A stretch of DNA of 63,722 nucleotides, counting the filler, from Candidatus Rokuibacteriota bacterium (GTDB lineage Bacteria; JAUVQV01; DATDCY01): assembly GCA_031406795.1 (NCBI GenBank). It is 5 parts of 5 records of this genome, joined end to end, with 100 filler letters (N's around TTAATTAATTAA, not from the genome) between each part and the next. Parts side by side here need not be neighbours in the genome. Positions count along the whole stretch, not along the records: positions 1 to 27,493 come from JANOHV010000201.1; positions 27,594 to 43,381 come from JANOHV010000066.1; 3 more parts are not named here. One strand, 5' to 3'. The position numbers and the translations under genes are program-made. Shown here one piece after another: positions 18,154 through 28,764 of this stretch. The notes beneath the pieces were generated by a model. It ran no database searches. It had not been told where the DNA came from and saw only the letters and a list, made by a program, of their open reading frames with translations. How positions within the stretch are numbered: the stretch's first letter is position 1; the number at the start of each line of letters is the position of its first letter.

Positions 18154-20304
18154 ATGAACCCGGCACCCGCCGCCGCCGCGAAGCGCCACCTGGCCCGCCT
18201 GGCCCGGGAGCTGAGCCTGCGTCCGGACCAGGTGGCGGCGACGGCCGCCTTGCTCGACGAGGGAGCGACGGTGCCGTTCATCGCCCGCTACCGCAAGGAG
18301 GCCACCGGCACGCTCGATGAAGTCGCCGTGGAGGCGATCCGCGAGGGACTCGAGCGGCTGCGCGAACTCGACAAGCGCCGCGAGGCGATCCGGGCCTCGC
18401 TCGAGGAGCGCGGGCTGCTGAGCGATGAGTTGCGCGCGCAGATCGACGCCGCGGAGACCCTCGGGTTGCTCGAGGACATCTATCTGCCGCATCGCCCCAA
18501 GCGGCGCACGCGGGCCACTATCGCGCGGGAGCGGGGGCTCGAACCGCTGGCGGACCTGCTGTTCGCCCAGGGATCGATCGACCCCGCCCGTGAGGCCGCG
18601 GCCTTCATCGACGCCGAAAAGGGCGTGACTTCGGCCGCGGAGGCCCTCGCCGGCGCCCGCGACATCATTGCCGAGCGCATCAGCGAGGACCCGGCGGCCC
18701 GGGCGCGGATGCGCGAGCTTTACGCCCGCGGCGGCGTGCTGCGGGCCCGGGTGACGGCCGGCAAGGAGGAGGAGGGCGCCAAGTTTCGCGACTACTTCGC
18801 GTGGCAGGAGCCGGCCCCGAGCGCGCCGTCGCACCGCATTCTCGCGATCCGGCGCGGCGAAAAAGCGGGTTTTCTGACGCTGCGGATCGTCGCCCCCGAG
18901 GAGGAGGCGCTCGCGCTGCTGCACGGACTCTTCGTGAAGGGGGAGGGCGCCGCGGCGCAGCAGGTGCGGCTCGCCGCCGAGGACGGCTACAAGCGGCTGC
19001 TCTCGCTGGCGATGGAGACCGAAAGCCGCCTGGCCCTCAAGGAGCGCGCGGACCGCGAGGCGATCCGGGTTTTCGCCGCGAACCTGCGCGAGCTGCTGCT
19101 GGCCGCGCCGCTGGGCGGCCGGGCCGTGCTGGCGATCGACCCGGGTTTTCGCACCGGCTGCAAGGTCGTCTGCCTCGACCGCCAGGGCAAGCTGCTGGAG
19201 ACCGGCGTCGTCTACCCGCACTTCGAGACGGCGCGCGCCGCGGAGGAGGCGGCCGCGAAGATCCGCGGCTGGTGCGAACGCCACAACGTCGAGGCGATCG
19301 CGATCGGCAACGGCACGGCCGGGCGCGAGACCGAAGCGTTCGTGCGCGGGCTCGGGCTGCCCGCCGCCGTGCCGGTGGTGATGGTCAACGAAAGCGGCGC
19401 CTCGATCTATTCCGCCTCCGAGATCGCCCGCGAGGAGTTCCCCGATCAGGACCTCACGGTGCGCGGCGCGGTCTCGATCGGCCGGCGCCTGATGGACCCG
19501 CTCGCCGAGCTGGTCAAGATCGACCCCAAGTCCATCGGCGTCGGGCAGTACCAGCACGACGTCGAACAGCACGCGCTCAAGCAGACGCTGGACACCGTGG
19601 TCGCCAGTTGCGTGAACCAGGTCGGCGTGGAACTCAACACCGCGAGCGCGCGGCTGCTCTCCTTCGTCTCCGGTCTCGGCCCGTCGCTCGCCCGGAGCAT
19701 CGTGGCCCATCGGGACGCGCACGGCCCGTTCACCGCGCGCGCCGACCTGCTGGGCGTGCCGCGTCTCGGGCCCAAGGCCTTCGAGCAGGCGGCGGGGTTC
19801 CTGCGGCTGCGCGAGGGGGCGAACCCGCTGGATGCCAGCGCCGTGCACCCCGAGAGCTACCCGGTGGTGGAGCGGATGGCGGCAGACCTCGGGTGCGCGG
19901 TGGCCGATCTGCTGCGCGACGACGGGCTGCGCAAGCGGATAACCCCGGCCCGGTACGTCGACGAACGGGTCGGCCTGCCGACGCTCACCGATATCCTCGC
20001 CGAGCTGGAGCGCCCCGGCCGCGACCCGCGCGAGCGGTTCGAGGTCTTCTCCTTCACGGAGGGCATCGACAAGATCGAGGACCTGGCCCCGGGCATGAAA
20101 CTTCCCGGGATCGTCACCAACGTCACGGCGTTCGGCGCCTTCGTGGACATCGGCGTGCACCAGGACGGGCTGGTCCACGTCAGCCAGCTGGCGAACCGGT
20201 TCGTGAAGGATCCGGCGCAGGTGGTCAAAGTGCAGCAGCGGGTGCAGGTGACGGTGCTGCAGGTCGACCTGCAGCGCAGGCGCATATCGCTGTCGATGCG
20301 CTGA
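18154..20304 (+). CDS. tex: Tex-family RNA-binding transcription accessory protein
   Basis: ATVPFIARYRKEATG, DPGFRTGCK, ESGASIYSAS, IGVGQYQHD, C-terminal S1 domain. Confidence 0.95.
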   Translation: MNPAPAAAAKRHLARLARELSLRPDQVAATAALLDEGATVPFIARYRKEATGTLDEVAVEAIREGLERLRELDKRREAIRASLEERGLLSDELRAQIDAAETLGLLEDIYLPHRPKRRTRATIARERGLEPLADLLFAQGSIDPAREAAAFIDAEKGVTSAAEALAGARDIIAERISEDPAARARMRELYARGGVLRARVTAGKEEEGAKFRDYFAWQEPAPSAPSHRILAIRRGEKAGFLTLRIVAPEEEALALLHGLFVKGEGAAAQQVRLAAEDGYKRLLSLAMETESRLALKERADREAIRVFAANLRELLLAAPLGGRAVLAIDPGFRTGCKVVCLDRQGKLLETGVVYPHFETARAAEEAAAKIRGWCERHNVEAIAIGNGTAGRETEAFVRGLGLPAAVPVVMVNESGASIYSASEIAREEFPDQDLTVRGAVSIGRRLMDPLAELVKIDPKSIGVGQYQHDVEQHALKQTLDTVVASCVNQVGVELNTASARLLSFVSGLGPSLARSIVAHRDAHGPFTARADLLGVPRLGPKAFEQAAGFLRLREGANPLDASAVHPESYPVVERMAADLGCAVADLLRDDGLRKRITPARYVDERVGLPTLTDILAELERPGRDPRERFEVFSFTEGIDKIEDLAPGMKLPGIVTNVTAFGAFVDIGVHQDGLVHVSQLANRFVKDPAQVVKVQQRVQVTVLQVDLQRRRISLSMR

Positions 20305-20431
20305 GGCGCCGCGCCGCAGGCTTGCGTTTTCCGACCGGTCGGCGTTTACTAGGCCGAACCGGCGCACCGGGATTCAGGCCGTGGAAGAACCTTTTTCAGC
20401 AGCCTGCCGGTGGCAACAGGAGAGGGCGATC

Positions 20432-21619
20432 ATGACGACGACGGCATCCGAAGCCACGATCATGGTGGTCGACGATGTCCCGGCCAACGTGCGGCTGCTG
20501 GTGGGGATCCTGCGGGGACAGGGGTACCGGGTGCGGGAGTTTCCCGGCGGCCCGGAGGCCCTCGCGGGGGCGGCCGAGCAGCCCCCCGACCTGATCCTGC
20601 TCGACATCATGATGCCGGATCTGAACGGTTATGCGGTCTGCGAGCGCCTGAAGGCCGACGAAACGCTCGCCAAGATCCCCGTCATCTTCCTGAGCTCCCT
20701 GAGCGACGCGGCGGACAAGGTTCAGGCTTTCCGCGCCGGGGGCGTCGACTACATCACCAAGCCCTTTCAGATCGACGAAGTGCTGGCGCGGGTCGCGACT
20801 CACCTCGAGATCCGGCGGCTGCAGGTTGAACTGGAAGCGAGGAACCGGACCCTGCTCGAGAGCAACGAGCGGCTGCGGGAGCTCGAAGCGCTCCGCGACA
20901 ACCTGGTGCACATGATCGTGCACGACCTGCGGAATCCGCTGACGGCGATCTCGTCGTTCGCCATCCTGCTCGAACGCTCCGAGAAGAACACCCTTTCCGA
21001 CAAAGGCCGGGATTACGTCGGGCTCATCATCAAATCCACCGATCTGCTGGTCGAGATGAGCAGCGCGGTGCTCGACGTCAGCAAGATGGAATCCGGACAG
21101 ATGCAGCTGAACATCGCGCCGTGCGATCTCGGCACGATCGCCCGCGAGGTGGTCTCCCGGCTCGAAGCGCTGCGGGGCGAGCGACAGATCGCGCTCGCCC
21201 TGCCCGGGCAGCCGGCTGCCGTCAGGGGCGACGCGCAGTTGCTGACGCGGCTGGTGCAGAATCTGGTTGGGAACGCGCTCAAGTTCGTGCCCGCCGCCAC
21301 CGGGAAGGTCGATATCACGCTGACGGTGCGCGAGGGCTGGGTCCGCTGCAGCGTCCGTGACAACGGCTTCGGCATCCTGCCCGAACACCGGGGAAAGGTC
21401 TTCGACAAATTCTGGCAGGGGACGGCCCGGCAGCAGGGGATCGTGTACTCCAGCGGCCTGGGACTGACCTTCTGCAAGATGGTCGTGGAGGCCCACGGCG
21501 GCAAGATCGGCGTCGAGAGCGAGGTCGGCGTGGGAAGCGATTTCTGGTTCGAACTGCCGCAGGACGGCCCGCCGCAGCCGGCGGGACCGAGCGCCGGGAA
21601 CGATGGAAAACCCGCCTGA
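20432..21619 (+). CDS. Hybrid response regulator/histidine kinase (REC-HisKA-HATPase)
   Basis: VVDD, LLDIMMP, HDLRNPL, SGLGL. Confidence 0.9.
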   Translation: MTTTASEATIMVVDDVPANVRLLVGILRGQGYRVREFPGGPEALAGAAEQPPDLILLDIMMPDLNGYAVCERLKADETLAKIPVIFLSSLSDAADKVQAFRAGGVDYITKPFQIDEVLARVATHLEIRRLQVELEARNRTLLESNERLRELEALRDNLVHMIVHDLRNPLTAISSFAILLERSEKNTLSDKGRDYVGLIIKSTDLLVEMSSAVLDVSKMESGQMQLNIAPCDLGTIAREVVSRLEALRGERQIALALPGQPAAVRGDAQLLTRLVQNLVGNALKFVPAATGKVDITLTVREGWVRCSVRDNGFGILPEHRGKVFDKFWQGTARQQGIVYSSGLGLTFCKMVVEAHGGKIGVESEVGVGSDFWFELPQDGPPQPAGPSAGNDGKPA

Positions 21620-24600
21620 GAACGCCCTGAACACGGCCGGCCCGCCACGGCAGACCGTCCTGATCATCGACGACGACCGCGGGTATTCCGGCGTGGTCGC
21701 CGAGATCCTGGGGATGCAGGGCCTGGCCGCGCTGACCGCCCATTCGGGCGAGGAGGGCCTGGCAACCGCCCGGCTTGTCCGGCCGGATCTGATCCTGCTC
21801 GACGTGCAGATGCCGGGGATCGACGGGTACGAGACCTGCCGCCGCCTGAAAGCCGAGGGTGCCACCCGCGAGATCCCGGTGCTGTTCATGAGCGGTCAGG
21901 CGGAGATCGAGGACAAGATCCAGGGATTCAACGCCGGGGGCCTGGATTATATCCCGAAGCCGTTCCAGAGCCGGGAGTTGCTGGCGCGGGTCAAGACCCA
22001 GCTGAGGATTCAGGAGCAGGCCCGGCTGCTGCAGGAGCAGACGCTCGAATTGAGCCGGGCGCACGATCAGCTGGAGCAACGGGTCGAGGAGCGCACTGCC
22101 GCGCTGCAGGAGAGCCAGTCGGAACTGACGGCCAGGATCCAGGAGTTGAGCACGCTCAACGCGATTGCGCACATCATCGCGAACACGGCCGACCCGGGCG
22201 AGATGCTGCAGCGGGTGCTCGAAACGACGCTCTCGCTGGGTTTTCTCGAGTTCAAGAAGATCGGGGTCATCTTCCTGAGAGACGAGAAGGACCCCGCAAT
22301 ACTGAACCGGGCGGCGTACATCGGCATCTCGCCGACGCTCGTGGACTCGGAGCAACAGATCGGCCTCGGCCATTGTCTGTGCGGCAGATGCGCCGAAACC
22401 GGCAGGGTCATCGTGACCACCGGGTGCAGCGGCGTGGAGCACACGGTCCAATACCCGGGCATGGTCAGCCATGGCCACGTGGTGATCCCCATCAAGAGCC
22501 ACGAAGACGTCCTCGGCGTGATGACCATGTACCTGGAGCCCGGCGTGCACCCGGGCGAATCGGAAGTGCGCCTGCTCGAGGCCATCGCCAGCCAGGTCGG
22601 GCTGGCCTTGGAAAACCGCAGGCTCTTCCGGGGGGTCGCCGCGGGCAAGAAGGAGTGGGAAGAGACGTTCGACGCGATCACCGACCTAGTCACCATCAAC
22701 GCGTTCGACCACACGGTGCTGCGCCTGAACAGCGCGGCCGCCCGGGCTTTCGGGGGCTATCGGGCGAGCATCGGGCGGAAATTCTACGAATTGCCGAACG
22801 ACGAAGGATTTGCGCGGCGCGCCGGGGCAGTTGGCGATATCAGCGCCATGCCCGGAACGGCGACCTTCCAGGGACGGCAGTACGATACGAGCGTCTACCC
22901 GCTCGACGATCAGGGCGTGCGCCGGGGCTCCGTGTTCGTCGCAAAGGACGTGACCGAACGAAATCTGGCGGAAAAATCGTTGTTGGAACAAAGAACCTTC
23001 ACCGACAATCTGATCCAAAGTACCAGCGTCGCCATGTTCGTCATCGATACCCGGCACGAGGTCATCGTCTGGAACAAGGCCTGCGAAGAACTGACGGGCT
23101 TTCCCGCGGCGGCGATGATCGGCACCACCGGGCAGTGGCGGCCGTTTTATCCGCAGCAGCGCCCGGCTCTTGCCGACATCGTCCTCGACCAGGGCAAAGT
23201 CCCTTTCGCCGGGCTCTATGCCAAGGTCTCCAAGTCCGTGCTGACGCCCGAAGGGCTCCAAGGCGAGGGGTGGTACGGCAACCTCAACGGCAGGGACCGC
23301 TATATCGTCTTTGATGCGGCACCCATCCGCGGGAGCGATGGTGCGGTCATCGCCGCGATCGAAACCATCCAGGACATCACCGGCCGCAAGCACGCGGAAG
23401 AGGAGTTGGTTGAACGCGAGGCGCGCTACAGCGGCCAATTGACTGCGCTCAATGCTGCGTCCAACACGCTGCTGCTCGCCGCGAACACCCGGCAGGTCTA
23501 TCAGGAGATCTGCGACATCGCGATCGCCGTTTTCGACCTCAGGATGTGCTGGCTCGGCCTGGTCGAAGCAGACTCGTTCGAGATCAGGCCGGCCGCGCAT
23601 GCCGGCTTCGAGGACGGCTTTCTGACGGGCATCCGGGTGACGTGGGACGATTCGCCTTTCGGCCAGGGGCCGACCGGGATCGCGATCCGGAGCCACGCCC
23701 CCGTCCAGGCGAGCCTTGTCGACCCTCTCGTCGGTCCGTGGCGTGAGGAAGCCGAGAAACGCGGGTATGCCGCGGTTCTCTCGGTGCCGCTGATCTCCGG
23801 TCGCGACCGGTGCATCGGGGTCTTGAATTTCTATGGCGGCCAGGATGACCATTTCACCGAGGACCGGGTGAAGCTCTGCCAGATCTTCGCCAACCAGGCG
23901 GCCGGCGCCATCGAAAATGCCCGGCTCATCGAGGGGCTCGAGGAGAGTGTTCTCGAAAGAACCCGGAAACTGAAGGACGCCAACCGGGAACTGCGCCACC
24001 TGAACCAGGAGCTTGAACTGCGCCGGCAGGAAGCCGAGGCCGCGAACCGGACGAAGTCCGACTTTCTGGCGAACATGTCCCACGAGTTGCGCACCCCGTT
24101 GAACGCGATCATCGGCTTCTCCGACCTGATGGCGCGGGGCATGGCCGGGCCGTTGGCGGGGGACCAGAAGGAGTACGTCGGCGATATCCTGAGCAGCGGG
24201 CAGCACCTGCTGAGCCTGATCAACGACATCCTCGATCTCTCCAAGGTCGAGGCCGGGCAGATGGAGTTCGAGCCCGCCGAGTTCGACCTGTCGGATCTCG
24301 TCGTCGGCAGCCTTTCCCTGTTCCGCGAAAAGGCGCTCAAACACGGAATCCGGCTCGAGGCGCAATCGGCGGCGGGCTCGATCCGGGTGTACGGGGATGA
24401 GCGGAAGATCAAGCAGGTCGTCTTCAATCTGCTGTCGAACGCGATGAAGTTCACCCCGGACGGGGGGGCGGTCAGCATCCGGACCGCGGAGCTCCGGGGC
24501 GCCGGCGACGATCATGTCGAAATGGCGGTTTCCGACACCGGCATCGGCATGACGCCCGAGGAGCAGCAGCAACTCTTCCAGCCTTTCAAGCAGCTGGGCC

Positions 24601-24809
24601 ACCACCTGACGAAGCGGCACGAGGGCACCGGGCTCGGGTTGGCGCTCTGCAAGAAGTTCGTGGAGTTGCACAAAGGCAGCATCACCGTGCAGAGCGCGCC
24701 CGGGCAGGGGAGCACGTTCACCCTCAGAGTGCCCCTGCGTCCGCCGGGGGCCGAATTCGGCTCCGGCGGGAATCAGCCGGGGGCGGATCCCGCAGCCGTC
24801 CCCGCGTGA
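21603..24809 (+). CDS. Multidomain hybrid kinase (REC-GAF-PAS-PAS-GAF-HisKA-HATPase)
   Basis: LLDVQMP, GAF with CLCGRC, FLANMSHELRTPLNAIIG, GTGLGL. Confidence 0.9.
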   Translation: MENPPENALNTAGPPRQTVLIIDDDRGYSGVVAEILGMQGLAALTAHSGEEGLATARLVRPDLILLDVQMPGIDGYETCRRLKAEGATREIPVLFMSGQAEIEDKIQGFNAGGLDYIPKPFQSRELLARVKTQLRIQEQARLLQEQTLELSRAHDQLEQRVEERTAALQESQSELTARIQELSTLNAIAHIIANTADPGEMLQRVLETTLSLGFLEFKKIGVIFLRDEKDPAILNRAAYIGISPTLVDSEQQIGLGHCLCGRCAETGRVIVTTGCSGVEHTVQYPGMVSHGHVVIPIKSHEDVLGVMTMYLEPGVHPGESEVRLLEAIASQVGLALENRRLFRGVAAGKKEWEETFDAITDLVTINAFDHTVLRLNSAAARAFGGYRASIGRKFYELPNDEGFARRAGAVGDISAMPGTATFQGRQYDTSVYPLDDQGVRRGSVFVAKDVTERNLAEKSLLEQRTFTDNLIQSTSVAMFVIDTRHEVIVWNKACEELTGFPAAAMIGTTGQWRPFYPQQRPALADIVLDQGKVPFAGLYAKVSKSVLTPEGLQGEGWYGNLNGRDRYIVFDAAPIRGSDGAVIAAIETIQDITGRKHAEEELVEREARYSGQLTALNAASNTLLLAANTRQVYQEICDIAIAVFDLRMCWLGLVEADSFEIRPAAHAGFEDGFLTGIRVTWDDSPFGQGPTGIAIRSHAPVQASLVDPLVGPWREEAEKRGYAAVLSVPLISGRDRCIGVLNFYGGQDDHFTEDRVKLCQIFANQAAGAIENARLIEGLEESVLERTRKLKDANRELRHLNQELELRRQEAEAANRTKSDFLANMSHELRTPLNAIIGFSDLMARGMAGPLAGDQKEYVGDILSSGQHLLSLINDILDLSKVEAGQMEFEPAEFDLSDLVVGSLSLFREKALKHGIRLEAQSAAGSIRVYGDERKIKQVVFNLLSNAMKFTPDGGAVSIRTAELRGAGDDHVEMAVSDTGIGMTPEEQQQLFQPFKQLGHHLTKRHEGTGLGLALCKKFVELHKGSITVQSAPGQGSTFTLRVPLRPPGAEFGSGGNQPGADPAAVPA

Positions 24810-24816
24810 GCGACCG

Positions 24817-25218
24817 ATGAGAATCCTGATCGTCGACGACAACGCCACCAACAGAAGGGTCTGCCGCGCCATACTCGCGGGGGAGGGCTGCCAGGTCGAG
24901 GAGGCGGCGAACGGGGCGGAAGGCCTGGAGGCGGCCCGCCGGGGATTGCCGGCGCTGATCCTGATGGACGTCCAGATGCCGGTGATGGACGGTCTGGAGG
25001 CGCTGAAGCATCTTCAGGCCGACCCCGCCACCCGCGGGATTCCGGTGGTGGCCCTGACCGCCTACGCGATGGTCGGGGACCGGGAGCGGCTGCTGAGGGC
25101 CGGATTCGTGGAGTACGTCTCAAAGCCGTTGGACATCGACACGTTTCTGGGGGTGGTGCGGCGGCTGCTTGCCGGCGGGGCGGGGGAACGCCTGGGGGGG
25201 GAGAGCGGTCATGTCTGA
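24817..25218 (+). CDS. Single-domain response regulator (DivK-like)
   Basis: ILIVDD, LMDVQMP, VALTAYAM, SKP. Confidence 0.9.
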   Translation: MRILIVDDNATNRRVCRAILAGEGCQVEEAANGAEGLEAARRGLPALILMDVQMPVMDGLEALKHLQADPATRGIPVVALTAYAMVGDRERLLRAGFVEYVSKPLDIDTFLGVVRRLLAGGAGERLGGESGHV

Positions 25219-25594
25219 TGCGGTCATCCTGGTGGTCGACGACGATCCGAAAAACGCGAGGATCGTCGGGGCATATCTCAAGGCCGGCGGCTACACCGTG
25301 GAATTCGCGGCCGATGGTGAGGAAGCGCTGGAGAGTGTGCGGGATTTTCTCCCTGAACTGATCCTGATGGACGTTTTCATGCCGGCGATGAGCGGGCTCG
25401 AACTCAGCGAGGCGTTGAAGAGCGATGCCCGAACGCGCGGCATCCCGATCCTGGCGATGAGTGCCTATCACGAGTACGCTGCCGGTGCGCCGCGCCGGGA
25501 TCTGGCAGCCGACGATTTCATTAAAAAACCGGTCCGGATGGAGCAGTTGCTCGAGAAGGTGGCGCTCCTGCTCAAATCGCGGCAACAGGGTTGA
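25211..25594 (+). CDS. Single-domain response regulator
   Basis: ILVVDDD, LMDVFMP, KKP. Confidence 0.85.
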   Translation: MSDAVILVVDDDPKNARIVGAYLKAGGYTVEFAADGEEALESVRDFLPELILMDVFMPAMSGLELSEALKSDARTRGIPILAMSAYHEYAAGAPRRDLAADDFIKKPVRMEQLLEKVALLLKSRQQG

Positions 25595-25777
25595 AGCCGT
25601 CGGGCGTTTCGCATCGCCGCACCCCGCGGGGTGGCCGCGTTCACGGTAGCAGTTTCTGGACGCTCCTCAGGATCGAGGACAGGGGAGCACGTTCACGGTC
25701 AGACTGCCTCCGGGGACAAATGTTAAGACTCCCGGGGACAGAATATAATTCAGTCCCTTTTGTGTCCGGTACGCCGC

Positions 25778-26146
25778 TCAACGTCTTCGCAGGGGCGCCA
25801 GACGCCGCACCACTTCGAGGAAGATATCGATGTCGAGCGGTTTGGAGATGTAACCCGAAAACCCCTCTGCCAGAAATCGCTCCCGGTCGCCTTTCATAGC
25901 ATAGGAAGTCAGTGCCACGACGGGGATGCCCCGGGTGGCCGGGTCGGCCTTGAGGCGTTTCAGGGTCTCCACCCCGTCCATCACGGGCATCTGCAGATCG
26001 AGCAGAATCAGTTCCGGCAGCTCCATCCGAACCGACTGCAGTCCTTCTATTCCGTTGTCGGCTTCCCGGGTCTGGTAGCCGATCTGTTCAAGAATGGCGC
26101 GACAAAGCCTGCGATTCGTGTCGTTGTCGTCGACGATCAAGATCAT
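25778..26146 (-). CDS. Single-domain response regulator (paralog of 24817..25218)
   Basis: MILIVDDNDTNRR..LQMPVMDG..ADPATRGIPVVALT..SKPLDID. Confidence 0.9.
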   Translation of the reverse strand: MILIVDDNDTNRRLCRAILEQIGYQTREADNGIEGLQSVRMELPELILLDLQMPVMDGVETLKRLKADPATRGIPVVALTSYAMKGDRERFLAEGFSGYISKPLDIDIFLEVVRRLAPLRRR

Positions 26147-26148
26147 CG

Positions 26149-27493
26149 TCAGCTGCCCTTCTCGTAGCGGACCGGAATTCTGAAGGTGAAGGTGCTCCCC
26201 CGCCCCGGCGAGCTCTCCACCCGGATGTGACCGCCGTGCATCTCCACGAAGCTCTTGCACAGCGTCAGACCGAGTCCGGTCCCCTCGTGTTCCTTGGTCA
26301 GGTGGTGGCTCAGCTGGCCGAAAGGCTGAAAAAGCCGCTTCTGGTCTGCGGACGAAATGCCGATACCGGTGTCGGAGACAGAGATCTCCGCGTAATCCCG
26401 GTTATCCTCGCGCACCGTTCTCGCACGGACGATGACGGAGCCCCCATCCGGGGTGAACTTCACCGCGTTCGAGATGAGGTTGTACAACACCTGCCGGATC
26501 TTCCGCTCGTCCCCGAAAATGGGCTCGCTCGCGCCATCGATCTCCGCCCGGAGATCGAGCCGGTGTTTCAGGGCCTTTTCACGGAACAAGACCAGGCTGC
26601 GGTCGATGAGTTCCGCCGGGTCGTACTCGGCCGGGTCGATATCCATCTTGCCGGCCTCGACCTTGGAGAGATCGAGGATGTCGTTGATCAGGCTCAACAG
26701 GTGCTTGCCGCTGGCGAGGATGTCGCCCAGGTACTCTTTCGGCGCGTCCGCCAGCGGCCCCGCCATGCCGCGGACCATGAGATCGGAGAAGCCGATGATC
26801 GCGTTCAAGGGGGTTCTCAGCTCGTGGGACATGTTGGCGAGGAAATCGGACTTCGTCCGGCTGGCGGACTCGGCCTCGAGCCGGCGCTGATCCAGCTCCT
26901 TGTTGAGGTGTTGGAGCTCGACATTGGCGGATTCAACCTCGAACGTCCGCGCGAAGATCTTTTCTTCAAGCCCGGCGATGAGCAGGACATTCTCAACGGC
27001 GATCGCGGACTGATTCGCGAAGATCCGGCAGAGCCGCTCTTTGTCCGGGGTGAAATAATCGGGGTCGTCGCTGTAGAAAGTCAACACCCCGACGCATTCG
27101 CCGTGCGTCTGGATCAACGGTACCGCCATGACTGCGACGTAGCCGCGCTTTTTGGCTGCCTCCCGCCACGGCGCGAAGGAAGGATCGCCGCTATTCGCCT
27201 TGACGGTAGTCTTGGTTCTGACGGCCATTCCCGTCGGGCCCATCCCGAGTGGGGAATCGTCCCGCCGGACCTGGATTGCCCTGAGGTAGCCGTCGTCGCG
27301 GCCGGCGTGAGCCACCGGCCGGACGGCGCAATCTTTCTCTTCGACGGCGCCGAACCAGACCAGCTTCAGATCGAACACGGAGAAGATGATGTTGCAGATC
27401 TCCTGATAGATGCCGTCGAGGCTCGTGATGAGCATCAGGGTGTTGGATGCCGTGTTCAGCGCCGCGAGATCACGGTCGTACCGCTCGAGCGTT
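26149..27493 (-). CDS. GAF-histidine kinase, 5'-truncated by contig end (paralog of C-half of 21603..24809)
   Basis: FLANMSHELRTPLNAIIGFSDLM, HEGTGLGL. Confidence 0.9.
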
Positions 27494-27593
27494 NNNNNNN
27501 NNNNNNNNNNNNNNNNNNNNNNNNNNNNNNNNNNNNNTTAATTAATTAANNNNNNNNNNNNNNNNNNNNNNNNNNNNNNNNNNNNNNNNNNNN
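27494..27593. other. Artificial contig linker
   Basis: N-run-TTAATTAATTAA-N-run (six-frame stop spacer). Confidence 0.98.
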
Positions 27594-28755
27594 CCTCGGC
27601 CGGGGCCTCTCGGCGGCGCTCGTGCGCGGCGGCCAGACCGAGAGCGCCCGCGACGCCGGCGCCGGCCTGCTCGAGGAGACGGTGGACACCGCCGCCGAGG
27701 CGCTGATGATCGTCAACGCCGGCGCCGCCGCGGCGCCCTGGTCGATCGAGATGCTGCCGCTCGGGCCGGGCGAACGCTCCGCGGCGATCACTCCCGCCGC
27801 GCCGCGCATCGGCACCTTCGCCGCCGCCGGGACCGCGAGAATCGCGATCGCCCCCGATGCCGGCGGCACTGCCCCGCTGCGCCTGCGGGCCGTGGGCGCC
27901 GAAGGGGTTCCCGCCTTCCTCGGCAACGACGGCCGGATCGTCGCCGGCGACGCCATCGTGGTCGGTTCCGGGGGAGAACTGCTGCTGCCCCACGGGCGCG
28001 GCCTGGCCGCCGTCTGGGTCGAGCGCGCCGGTGAGAACGTCTCCGGCCTCTGGGGCGCTGCCCCGCCCCCGCGCGAGCAGCCGATCGGCGCCGCCGGGAT
28101 CCTGCCCCTCACCGGGCCCTCGGCCGGTCTCGCTGCGAAGGTCGACCTCCCCTCCGTCCTGCACCTGAGCGCAGCCGACCCGCTCGTCGTCGTGATCCGC
28201 CGCCCCGCGGGGCCGCTCGAGGACTTCGTCCATCTCCCGGGAGCCCCCCTCGATGTCTACCTCGCCCCGGGCACCACCGCGCTCTGGCTGCGCACCGCCG
28301 CGGGCGGCGAGCTGCGCGGCAGCGCCGAAGTCCTGCTCTCCCCGGTCACCCCGATCGGCGAGGGCCCCGGCCCCGAAGTGCTGCTCGCGCCCGGGGCGGC
28401 CCGCTACTTCTCGTTCAACATCGAGCGCAAGGGCCCGCTCGGCATCGGAGTGCGCGCCGCCCCCGACACCGTCTCCTGCCGTCTCCTCGACGCCGCCGGA
28501 CGGACGATCGGCGAGGGGATCGTCCAGATGCCGAACCTCGCTCCCGGCTCCTATCTGCTCGCGGTGCGCGCGCCAGCAGACGGCGGCCCCGTCTCGGTGC
28601 GTCCGGCCCTCGCGGGGCTCGTCCCGCCGGGATCCGACCCACCAGCAGACATCGTGCGCCGCTATCTGGGCCTGAGCCGGGACGAACCCGAGAACGGAGG
28701 TCTAGCCGCGCCGGCATCCGCGCCGCAATGGCCCGGGACCGAAGAAGGGGATTGA
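27594..28755 (+). CDS. C-terminal part of a large hypothetical protein (beta-rich)
   Basis: Open frame from contig edge to stop at 28755 with coding-like codon usage; no recognised motif. Confidence 0.6.
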
Positions 28756-28764
28756 ACGGAAACC

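Noticed and set aside
20316..20407. TTTTTCAGCAGCCTGC resembling a family A end
   Set aside because: Only 7 bp of a matching left arm and no core motifs; at most a remnant
27494..27593. Repeated TTAATTAATTAA in N-runs (also 43382, 58258, 60491)
   Set aside because: Artificial six-frame-stop contig linker; no biological adjacency can be inferred across it
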